From NCBI RefSeq assembly GCF_963921235.1, contig NC_086097.1, forward strand, positions 147,004,001 to 147,068,000: 64,000 nt of DNA, in the 5' to 3' direction. Below, piece after piece: positions 11,328 to 22,632 of this stretch. The position numbers were made by a program, and so were the translations under genes. The notes beneath the pieces were generated by a model, which worked only from the letters and a program-made list of their open reading frames with translations, had not been told where the DNA came from and made no database searches. Source of the DNA: Mobula hypostoma (lineage: Eukaryota). Positions within the stretch are counted from its first letter, which is position 1. Each line of letters starts with the position of its first letter.

Positions 11328-14210
11328 GTAGTGATCTCAGGGTTGCTGCCTGCGCCACGTGCTAGCAAGTGCAGGAATAGCATGATCAGGCATATTAATA
11401 TGTGGCTGAGAGACTGGTGTAGGGGGCAGGGCTTCAGGCTCCTGGATCACTGGGGCCTCATCTGGGGGAAGTACGACCTGTACAAAAAGGACAGGTTACA
11501 CCTGAACCCAAAGGGGTACAACATCCTGGCAGGCAGGTTTAATAGAACTGTTCAGGAGGGTTTAAACTAATTTGGTAGGGGGATGGGAACTGGAGTGATA
11601 AGGCTGAGGAAGGGGAAAACAGAAATAAATCAAAGATAGCATGCAACAGAGATGATAGAAAGGACAGGCAGGAGATGAGGCATAATCACAGCCAGTGGGA
11701 TGAGTTACAAGGCAATAGAGACGTGGTGCAGTTAAAACAGAAAGCAACAAATACTGGACTGAAAATGTTATATTTGAATGCATGCAGCATAAGAATTAAA
11801 ATGGAAGATCTTGAAATTCAGCTACAGATTGGCAAGTTTGATGTTGTGGCCATCTCTGAAACTTGGCTAAAGGATGGCTGCCATTAGGAGCTGAACATCC
11901 AAGGATATCTGGTGTATCGGAAAGATAGGTTAGTAGGCAGAGGGGGTGGTGTGGTCCTGCGTATAAGAAATAATATTAAATCGTTAGAAAGGGATGACAT
12001 AGGATCAAAAGGTATAGAGTCACTATGAGTTGAGTTAAGAAATGACAAGGGTAACAGTTGTATACAGACTTCCAAAGAGCAGCCGGGATGTGGACTACAA
12101 ATTACAGCAGGAGATAGAAATGGCATGTCAGAAGGGCAATATCATGATAATAGTTGGGCATTTTAACATGAAAGTGGATTGGGAAATCCAGACCAGTACT
12201 GGACCTCGAGAGAGAATTTGTAGAATGTTTAAGGGATGGCATTTTAGAACAGCTTGTTGTTGAGCCCACTAGGGGATCGGCTGAGCTGGACTGGGTGTTG
12301 TGCAATGATCTGGAGGTGATAAGAGAGCTTAAGGTTAAGGAACCCTTGGGGAACAGTGATCACAATATGATCAGGTTCACTTTGAAATTTGAGAAGGAGA
12401 AACTGAACTCCATTGTGTTGGTATTTCAGTGGAATAAAGGAAATTACAATGGCATGAGAGGGGAACTGGCCAAGACTGACCGGAAAGGGACACTAGCAGG
12501 AAGGACAGCAGAGCAGCAATAGCTGGAGTTTCTGTGAAAAATGAGGGAAGTGCAAGACAGATGTATTCCAAATAAGAAGAAATTTTCGAATGGAAGAAAG
12601 ACACTACTGTGGCTGACAAGTGAAGTTAGAACCAAAGTAAAAGCAAAAGAGAGGGAATACAAGGAAGTCAAAGCTAGGGGGAACAGAGAGGATTGGGAAA
12701 CTTTTAAAAACTTGCAGAAGGAAACTAAGAAGGTCATTAGGAAGGAAAAGATGAATTATGAAAGGAAGCTGGCGACTAATATCAAAGCAGATACTAAAAG
12801 CTTTTTTTAGTATATAAAGGGTAAAAGAGAGCTGAGGGTAGATATAGGACCAATAGAAAATGATGCTAGAGATATTGTAATGAGAGATGCAGGGATATCA
12901 GGGGAACTGAATACATATTTTTCATCAGTCTTCACAGTGGAAGACACCTGCAGTATACCAGACATTCAAGAGTGTCAGGGAAGTGAAGTATGTGCAGTGA
13001 AAATTACTACTGAGAAGGGGCTCAGGAAGCTTAATGGTCAGAGGGTGTATAAATCTCCTGGACCGGATGGAATGCACCCTTGGGTTCTGAAGAAAGTAGC
13101 TGGAGAGATTACAGAGGCCTTAACACTCTTTCAAGAATTGATAGATTCTGGCATTGTACAGGATGACTGGAAAATTGCAAATGTCATTCCGCTATTTAAG
13201 AAGGGTGGGAGGCAGCAGAAAGGAAACTACAGACCTGTTAGCCTGTCATCAGTGGTTGGAAAGTTGTTGGAATCGACTGTTAGGGATGAGATCACAAAGT
13301 AGCTGGAGGCACATGACAAGATAGACCAAAGCCAGCATGGTTTCCTGAAAGGAAAATCCTGCCTGACTAACCTACTGCAATTTTTTGAGGAAATTACAAG
13401 CAGGGTAGACAAAGGAGATGTAGTAGATGTGGTGTACTTGGATTTTCACAAGGCCTTTGATAAGGTGCCACACATGAGGGTACTTAGCAAGATAAGATCC
13501 CATGGAATTATAGGGGAGTTACTAGCATGGATGAAGCATTGGCTCATAGGCAGAAAACATCGAGTGGGAATAAAGGGAATACAGCCCAGGAGCTGCCAGA
13601 CGTTCCTCATACAGTAACCCTTTCGTTCCTGGATCATTCTCATGAATCTTCTCTGAATCCTCTCCAATGTCAGTATATCCTTTCTAAAATAAGAAGCCCA
13701 AAATTGTACACAATACTCCAAGTGTGGTCTCATGAGAGCCTTATAGAGCCTCAACTTCACATTCCTGCCCTTATATCTATACCTCTAGAAATGAATGCCA
13801 ACATTGCATTTGCCTTCTTAATGACCAACTCAACCTGGAGGTTAACCTTTAGGGTATCCTGCACATGGACTCCCAAGTCCCTTTGCATCTCTGCATTTTG
13901 AATTCTCTCCCCATATAAATAATAGTCTGCCCATTTATTTCTTCCACCAAAGTGCATGACCATACATTTTCCAACATTGTATTTCATTTGCCACTTCTTT
14001 GCCCATTCCCTTAAACTATCTAAGTCTGTCTACAAGGTCTCTGTTTCTTTAAAACTACCCGCTCCTCCACCTATCTTTGTATCATTGGCAAATTTAGCCA
14101 CAAATCCATTAATCCCACAGTCCAAATCATTGACATACATCGTAAAAAGCAGCGGTCACAACACCGACCCCTGTGGAACTCCACTGGTAACCAGCAGCCA
14201 GTCAGAATGG
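11328..14210 (+). mobile_element. CR1 LINE (ORF1 C-terminus, endonuclease, RT) with the last ~630 bp inverted
   Basis: ORF1 esterase end (DRLHLN), EN motifs (YLNACSI, ISETWL, SDHNMI) and RT motifs (GNYRPVSL, VYLDFHKAFDKVPH) lie on + up to ~13577. The continuation (SGVPQGSVL...RPHLEYCVQFW) is on - at 14210-13578. There are many stops. Confidence 0.9.
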
Positions 14211-14219
14211 GTTACCAGT

Positions 14220-17200
14220 TACATTAAAAGTAAAAGGATGGCAATGGAGAGAGCAGGACCCCTAATCTGAGTGGAGTTTTCAACAAATATTTCTCCTCAG
14301 TGGTATCTGAGGAGAAAACCATGGGGGCTCAAGAGATAAGGGAAACAAGTGGAAATGTTTTGTAGGACATTCATGTTTTCAGAGAGGAGGTACTCAGTAC
14401 ATTATGGTGGATATTCTTGGAATGTGTGAGAGGCTAGTGAGGAAATTACGGAAGCCCTTGTAGAGATATTTATTTCGTAGTTAAGCCCTGGTGAAGCTCC
14501 CAAAAAGTGGAAGGTGGCAAATTTTATTCTGTTGATTAAGATAGGTAGCAAAGACAAGCTAGGGAACTACAGGGAATGACAGCAATGCATCCCTTCCTGA
14601 TAGACTGAGTGCTTTCTTTTCACGATTTGACGCATTGAATGATGTGACATTGAGGATAGACCCCTCTCCCCCTGAAGACCAGGCACCCTGTCTGGCTGCA
14701 GCCGAGCTGAGGTGGATCCAAGCCAAGGGAGACCTCCGCAAAGCAGCGTGGATGGATAATATATCTGGTCAGGTGCTGAGGGACTGGGCCGCCCAGCTAA
14801 CAGGGGTCATAACAGTAATCTTTAATAACTACTTGAAACAGTCCACTGCGTCTGCAATCTTCAAGGAAGGCACCATAATTCCAGCTTCCAAGAGAGGAAT
14901 GGTAACTGGCCTAAATGATTACTGCCCAGTGGCACTGATCTCAACAAGCAGAATTGCTTTGAGTGGCTGGTAATGGATTTGATAAAATTCCACCTTCCTG
15001 CTACATGGGACCAACTCCATTGAAACTGCTCCATTGATGATGTCCTAGCCTCTGCCCTCCACTCCATCCTGTCCCACCTAGAAAATGATATCTCATAGAC
15101 CAGCATTTTGTACATCGACTTCAGCTCAGCATTTAACATGATCATCCGTCAGAGGCTGGTGGGTGAACTGTCCTCATTGAGACTCATCGCCCCTCTCTAT
15201 AACTGGATCTTGGACTTCTTGGATGGAAAGATCCCAATCGGTCAGAGCTGGCAGCAACATGTCAAGCTCCATCACGCTGAACACTGGTTCCTCCCAGCAC
15301 TGTGAGCTCAGCCTGCTACTAACTCACAACTGCACTGTCAGATCCAGCTCATGATATTACAGTTCACTGATGGTATTACAGTGGTCAGTCTCATCAGTGA
15401 CAATGATGAGTCAACACATAAGGAAGAAGAGGAGAGACTTGTCAGATGCTGTGAGAACAACAACCCGAGTCTCAACATGGACAAGACAAAAGAGATGACT
15501 GTGGACTGCAGGAAGGCACAGGTCAACCACTCTCTATTGCGCATCAATGGCACACCAATCTTCCTTGGTGTGCACATAATGGACGATATAACCTGGACCC
15601 ACATCACTTCCTCACTAGTCAAGAAGCCACAGCACCATCAATACTTAACGAGGAGACTGAGATATGTAAGGCTCCCTGGCCCCATTCTAACAACTTTCTG
15701 CGGGAACGCCATTGAGAGTGTCCTGTCTGGCTGCATCATTATGTGGTACTGAGCTGCAAGGCACCAGACTGCAAGACTCTACAGAGGATAATAAAAATCA
15801 CCAAGTATATCATCAGGGTTTCCCTTCCCCTTAATTGTGCATTTACCAGCAACATTGCAGATGAAGGGCCCTAAGTATTGTTGCGGCTCCCTACTACCCA
15901 TCCCAGAATCTCTTTGACCCACTGCCTTCAGAAAGAAGGTACAGGAGCACCAGGACTGGGACTGACAGACTGGGTAAAAGCTTCTTCCCTTAAGCTGTGA
16001 GACTAATGAATACCCTGTCATCACTGAGGTCTCGTCACTAAAACAGCAAGGCATTTACTACATACTGTGCTGTTTACTGTTCAGCTGTGCTGCACACTGC
16101 ATTCATTTTGAAATACATTCTATTAACTTATTTATGGTAATATTTTGATTTATATGCTGCATCTGTTTTATGTTTGGCGGGTGCACTGTGGTCTGGAGGA
16201 ACGTTGCATGATGAGCCTGTTAGAGATTTTTGAAGAGAGAACAAAAACGGTAGATGAGGATAAGGCCATGGACGTTGTCTATTTGGACTTCATCAAGGCT
16301 TCAGTATTATCTCTGCAAAGGTTTCTGCAATTTTCTCGCTAGCATCTGACAAAATCCGATGGTGCACCTGGGGCTTTGTCCACCTTAATGGCCTATAAAG
16401 CTGCAAATATCTCCTCTCTGATAACATGAATGCCCTCCAAAACATCTCCACATGCTTCCGTTATCTCTTGAGCAGCCTCCATGGTAGGCAGGTCTGGAAG
16501 TTTAGGTCCCATGGAATCCAGGGAGAGCCAGTGAGGTGGATTCAAAATGAGCTTGAAGGTAGGAAGCAGAGGATGCTAGTTGTAGGCTCTTTCTTGGAAT
16601 GGAGGCCTGTGATTAGGGGTGCACTACGGAACATGGTATTGAGACGCTTGTTAAACATTATTTCTATAAATGATTTGGATGCAAATGCACAAGGCTTCAC
16701 TAGTAAATTTGTGGATGACACAAAGTTAGGAGGTGTTATTGTGAGTGAAGAAAGTTATGATAAGTTAGAGGGGGATCTTGATCAGTTAGGGAAGTGAACC
16801 AAGGAGTGGCATACAAGTGTGAGGTATTGTATCTTGGAAAGTCATGCCAGTGTAGGACCTATATTATGAATGATAGAACACTAGGGAGCATTACGGAACA
16901 GAATTACATGTACATAGTTCATTGAATGTTGCATCACATGTAGACAGGGTGATGAAAGAGCTGCTAACATGCTGGCCTTCATCAGCAAGGGTCTTCAGCT
17001 GAGGAAATGGGACATTAGCCTGCAGTTATTTAAGCAGTGATGCTGCATGAGGAATAGTGTTTTGGTTGCCTTGTTATAGGAAAGATATGGTTAATTTAGA
17101 AATAAGAGACATTAGATTTACAAGGATGTTACCTGGAATAGACGGCCTAAGTTTAAGGGAGAGATTGGCCAGGCCAGGTCTTTATTCTTTGGAATGCTGG

Positions 17201-17585
17201 AGATAAGGAGCAACCTTAAGGAAATGTTTAATATTGTAAGAGTCAGAGATAAGTTGGATGGTCACAATCTTTTCCCCAGGGTAAGGGAGGACAAAACCTA
17301 GTAGGCATATATTTAAGGTGGTGGTGGTGGGGGGGCGGGGGGGAGAGTTTTAAAAGGGACCTGAGGAGCCACTTCTTCGTGCAGAAGGTGGAAAGTATAT
17401 GGACCGAGTTGCTAGAGGAAGTGGTTGAGGTGGTGTAATTGTATCATTTAAGAAAAGGAGGGATTAAGAGGGATAAGGGCTGAATGCAGGAAACTGGGAC
17501 TAGCTGGGTGGGCACTGGGTAAGCATGAACTCAATGAGCCAAAGGACCTGTATCCATGCTGTATTTATCTATGACTCAATGACTG
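14220..17585 (+). mobile_element. Older CR1 LINE fragment split by a Rex/Babar insertion and a small inverted piece
   Basis: CR1 ORF2 remnants lie at 14220-14573 (...gaactacagg), 16208-16302 (MDVVYLDFIKA) and 16476-17585 (SKFVDDTKL, tail ctatgactcaatgact). The segment 16303-16475 is CR1-like in reverse orientation. Confidence 0.7.
14574..16207 (+). mobile_element. Rex/Babar-type LINE, 5'-truncated and decayed
   Basis: Remnants [45 protein letters not shown] and IESVLSGCIIMWY. Confidence 0.85.
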
Positions 17586-18509
17586 CCAAGGATATTTCAT
17601 TGTCTTTTTATGCCTTCCTAATTTCTTTCTTAAGTTCTCTCCTATATTCTGTCTATTCTTCAATGGCCTCATTTGATTGTAGTTCCCTGTACCTATTATG
17701 TTCTTGCCAGCATATATTGTATAGTTCTGTGAGATGAAGGATCTTGATGCAAAACATTAACTATTCATTTCCCTCTACAGATGCTGCCTAACCCATTGGG
17801 TTCTTCCAGCAATTTAGTTTAATGATCCAGATTCTAGTATCTGCAATCTCGTGTATATTATCATATAATATTTTTTCTTGAAGAAACCTGCAATATCCTT
17901 TGTCATCCAATTTTCCCTAAATCTTTCACCCTTAGTATAACATGTGGCATTGAATTATTACGAACACTCTTTTAAAAGACTCCTACATGTCAGAAGTTGT
18001 CTTGTCAAAATGGATCTGCTCCCAGTCTACAGTACTTCAGACAGGTCATCTCTTGAGCCAGTGAATTCAGCCTCAAAGTCCTAATTTAGGACTTTATCCC
18101 AACCTTATCCCTTTCTGTAACTATCTTAATACTTGTAGAATTATGATTCTGTTCCCAAAGTGTTCCTGCAACAACACTTCCAGCACCTGCCCAGTTTAAT
18201 TTGATAAGGTTGAGTACAGCTCCTTCACTAGTACAACCTCCTCTTTGCTGTCTCTTAGAATCTTCTATGATGCATGCAATAAATTCTGCTCCAACTAATT
18301 CTCTTGTACTTGGGAAATCTCAGTCAATATAGGGAAAGCTAAAATCCTCTTAACTTTGCAATTTCTTGCAGTCTTGGGCAGAGTAGTTGCCATATCATGT
18401 CTCTAAAAATTGGTAAGATTCAACAGGGACATGCCAAGATCCCTAAGCTTTCAGAGTAGTAGAAAATCTGGTGTGTTTTTAGCTGTAACTTCCAAATGGC
18501 TGGATTAAT

Positions 18510-19092
18510 ACCAGAAGTAAATTGGGGGCCTGCTTTGTGGAGTGCCTCTGCTCTATCTGCCAAAAACAGAACTTCCCGGTGGCCAACCATTTTAATTCCT
18601 ATCCCCATTTCCATTCTGAAAAGTCGGTCCATGGCCTCCACGATGAGGCTGCTCTCAAGGTGGAGTACTAACACCTCATATTCCATCTAGGTCGCCTCCA
18701 ACTTGATGGCATGTACATTAAATTCTCCTTCCAGTCATTTTTTTCCCCTCGCCTTCTCTCTTCTTCTATTCCCCACTCTGGCCTCTTACCTCTTCTTCTC
18801 ACCTCCCTATTATCTCCCTTGGTGCCCCTCCTTCGTCCCTTTCTCCCATGGTCCACTCTTGTCTTGTATCAGATTCCATCTTCTCCAGCCCTTTGCCTTT
18901 CCCGCCCACCTGGTTTCACCTATCACCTCTATCTAATCCTTCTTCCTCTTCCCTCCACCTTTTTATTTTGGTATCTTCCTCCTTCCTTGCCAGTCCTGAT
19001 GAAGGGTCTCAGTCCAAAATGTTGACTATTTATTCATTTCTATGGATGCTTTCTGACCTGCTGAGTTCCTCCAACATTTTGTGTGTGCTGCC
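18510..19092 (+). mobile_element. Penelope-like element 3' part with hammerhead-type terminus
   Basis: GIY-YIG C-terminal remnants (PVANHFNS, HLIFHLG.LQ) are followed by a pyrimidine tract and cagtcCTGATGAagggtctcagtccaaaatgttgact at 18991-19027. Confidence 0.8.
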
Positions 19093-19627
19093 TAGGACAA
19101 GTTGTTGGTGATAATTATACCGAACAAATCTATGGAAAGCCATGGAGGATAGAACATGGACTTAATCAATTAACAGAGGAAGTATAAGAAGATGGTGAAA
19201 CTGTAAAATGTTGTAATTTGATCATAATTGCAACAGAGATCTCAGAGACAGACAGAGTAAATCTTTTAGAGAATAAGAGAGAGGAAAAATCTATCCTTTT
19301 AGTGAAATAATATTCACAGAGTTGGTAGTATTGTGCAGGTCCACTTTAAAAGAGGTCAAGATCAAAGGCGAAAATGCTGAAAAGTTACTCAGAGGTCAAG
19401 CTAAGTAAAAAGATTTTATGAATATACATGACCACATACTTGGTCTAATGAAACAGCTGCCAATTTCTGCTGTGTGTACCTGTCAGCTTTCCTGAATCCT
19501 GACATGTCATGTGTTAAAATAAAAATCCAGTTAAAGTACAGGTACATAGATTTTACAGATTGACTCACCTCCTGAGAGAAAGTTATTCTCTCACATTGTT
19601 CACTCACATCACTTTCCTAACTTCAGC

Positions 19628-21715
19628 AACATTCACAAAATACTAGAGGAACTTAGCAGGTCCAGCAGCAACCATGGAAATTAACAAACAGTTGACATTT
19701 CAGGCCAAGATCCTTCTTCGCAACTGGAAAGGAAGGGGAAAGATGCCAGAATAAAAAGGTGGGCTGAGGGGAGGGGAAGGAGAATAGCTGGAACGTGATA
19801 GGTGAAGCCAGATAGGTGAAGGTGAAGGAATCTGATAAGACCATAAGATACAGGAGCAGAATTAAGCCATTTGGTCCATTAACTCTGCTCCGCCATTTCA
19901 TCATGGCTGATTCATTTTCCCTTGCAGCCCCAATCTCCTGCCTTCTCTCCATATCCTTTCATGCCTGACCAATCAAGAATCTATCGACCTCTGCCTAAAT
20001 ATACATAAAAACCTGGCCTTCAAAGCCACCTGTGACAGCGAATTCCATAGATTCACCACTCTCTGGCTGAAGAAATTCTTCCTGATCTCCATTCTAAAAG
20101 GACGCTCCTCTATTCTGATGCCGTGTCCTTGGGTCCTAAACTCTCCTACCACAGGAAATATCCTCCTACAAGGTCTTTCAACATTTGATACATTTCAATT
20201 AAGTCATCCCTCATTCTTCTGATTCCAGTGAATACAGGCTCACAGCCATTAAACGTTGTTCACATAACAAGCTGCTCAATCCTGAAATCATTCATGTGAG
20301 CCTCCTCTGAGCCTCCTCCAGTGTTGGCACATCTTTTCTTAGCTAAGGGGCCCAAGCCTAATCACAATACTCTGTGAGGGCTCACCAGTGCTTTAGAAAA
20401 CCTTAAAATTACATCCATGCTTTCATATTCTAGTCCTCTTGAAATGAATACTAACATCACATTTGCCTTCCTCACTACAGACTCAGTCTGCAAATTAACC
20501 TTTAGGCAATCCTGCACAAGGACTCCAAAGCCCCTTTGCACCTTGGATATTTCAATTTTCTCTCTATTTAGAGAATGGTCTACCCCTTTATTTCTCCTAC
20601 CAAAGTGCATGACCATATACTTTCCGACACTGTATGCCATCTGCCCCTTCTTTGCCCATTCCCCTAATCTGTCTGTCCTTCTATAGCCTCTCTACTTCCT
20701 TTTAACTACCTGGTCCTCCACCTATCATTATATCATCCACAAACTTTGCAACCAAGCCATCAATTCCATCATCTAAGTTATTGACACATAATGTAAAAAG
20801 AAGCGGTCTCAACACAGACTCCTGTGGAACATCACTAGCCACCAGCAGCCAACCAGAAAAGTCTCTCTTTACTCCCACTCTTAGTCTCCTGTCTTTCTAT
20901 GCATACCCATACATCTGTCCTTAGGAACACCTCAAAGATATCCCACTTGTCCTAGTTTTAGTGATACTGAGCCAATCTGGCAAGCTATTTTTCTGATAGG
21001 AGTGTAGAGTGGACCATAGGAGAAAGGAAAGAAGGAGGGGACCCAGGGGGAGGTGATAGACAGGTGAGAAGAGGTAAGAGGCCAGAGTGGGGAATAGAAG
21101 AAGAGGGGAAGAGGAGGAATTTTTTTTTGATTATCTAAATCAGAAGGAGAAATGCCATCAGGTTAAAGGCTACCCAGACGGAATATAAGATGCTGTTCCT
21201 CCACTCTGAGGGTGGCATCATTCTAATACAAGAGGAGACAATGGACTGACACGTCAGAACAGGAATGGGAATTGGCACCGGGATGTTCCGCTTTTGGCGG
21301 ATGGAGTGGAGGTGCTTGACGAAGCGGTCCCCCTATTTACGATGGGCACACCAGTGTAGAGGAGGCTGCATTGGGAGCACCAGATACAATAGACAATCCT
21401 AGCAGATTTGCAGGTGCAGTGTTGTCTCACCTGGAAGGGCAGATTGGGGCTCTGCATGGAGGTGAGGTAGGAGGTGAATGCGCAGGTGGAAGATGGAGAG
21501 TTGGGGCGGCGGGGGGAGGTAAAGGTGTGTTTAGTGGTAGGATCCCTTTGGAGATGGTGGAATTTACATTGAATGATATGCTGGATCCAGAGGCTTACAG
21601 GGTGGTGGGTATGGACAAGAGGAATCACCGTTAAGGCAGCAGGAAGATATGGTGAGTGCAGATATGCAGGAAGTGGAGGAGGTGCAGGTGAGGGCAGCAT
21701 CAATAATGGAAATGG
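19628..21715 (-). mobile_element. Penelope-like element interrupted by a CR1
   Basis: ORF 21254-21703 (-) contains FQVRQHCTC....IVYCIWCSQCSLLYTG (GIY-YIG-type). The terminus is at 19628-19835. The halves join through the duplication tctgataag (19831) / tctgatagg (20992). Confidence 0.8.
19838..20892 (-). mobile_element. CR1 LINE 3' ~1 kb
   Basis: The tail accataagatacaggagcagaa is at left. Minus-strand remnants read VMHFGRRN...KANVMLVFISRGLEY and SDVPQESV. Confidence 0.9.
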
Positions 21716-22149
21716 TAGAACTTCCTAACTTGCTTTGTTCAGATTTGGATGTGAGACTGATAAACTAGGTTTTGAAAATATTTGCATTTGTACCTTTCTA
21801 TCCATTCCCAAACATCTATCCTTGGGAACACCTCAAAGACATAGTTTTAGTGATACTGAGCAAATCTGGTAACCTATTTTTTAAACTTAATTAATATCCC
21901 TTATAAAAAACACATATCTTTTAGGAAAGTGCGAATAACCATCACTGGAGGCGTCACCATCCATTTAACCTGAAAGGAGCTACATGTTGTTTGTGCCATC
22001 TATGGGCCTCTTAATGATATCTCTATGGTTACTGCTCTCAAAGCTTGTTAGTCATTACAGTCATGTTGATATTTGATTATATTCTGAGTTGAACACCTTT
22101 TACAAAAGAAGGTACTTGTATTCATATGGCATATAATCCTGTTCTCAGT

Positions 22150-22632
22150 GAACAGAAACACAAATAATAGAAGCCCATTTGGTGCATTGCACAGGTGCTG
22201 TTTTTTTTAAATTCAATTAATTCCATCCTTACCTCCATACATTGTTTCTCCCTTTATGAATCATTCCAATTCTGCTCTGATCGTTGTAATTAAATCAGCT
22301 TCCACAATTCTTTCAGGTAGTGTAATGCAGATCGCAGGAAACTTGTATGAAAAGTCTTTCCTTATGCTGACTCTAGCTATTTTATGAGTCATTTTAAATA
22401 TATGACCCTTCTAATTCAGAACAGTGTTTCAGTTTATTTACTCAGTGAAACTCATTCATGAATTTAGATCCCTCTGTCAAATATCCTCTGAGGATATTTG
22501 GTCCTCGGAGAAAATACTGCATTTCCAATCATTCCGTAGTACCATAATCACTTATTCCTAGTACCATTCTGGTAAGTTTCCTCTGTACCCTCTCCAAGGT
22601 TCAGACATTATTGTCAAAGTGTGCCCAGAAAC
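22150..22632 (-). mobile_element. Old CR1 3' fragment
   Basis: Decayed tail aacagaaacac...gcccatttgg, plus ctggtaagtttcctctgtaccctctccaagg (reverse of an LERVQRKLTR-like segment). Confidence 0.6.
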
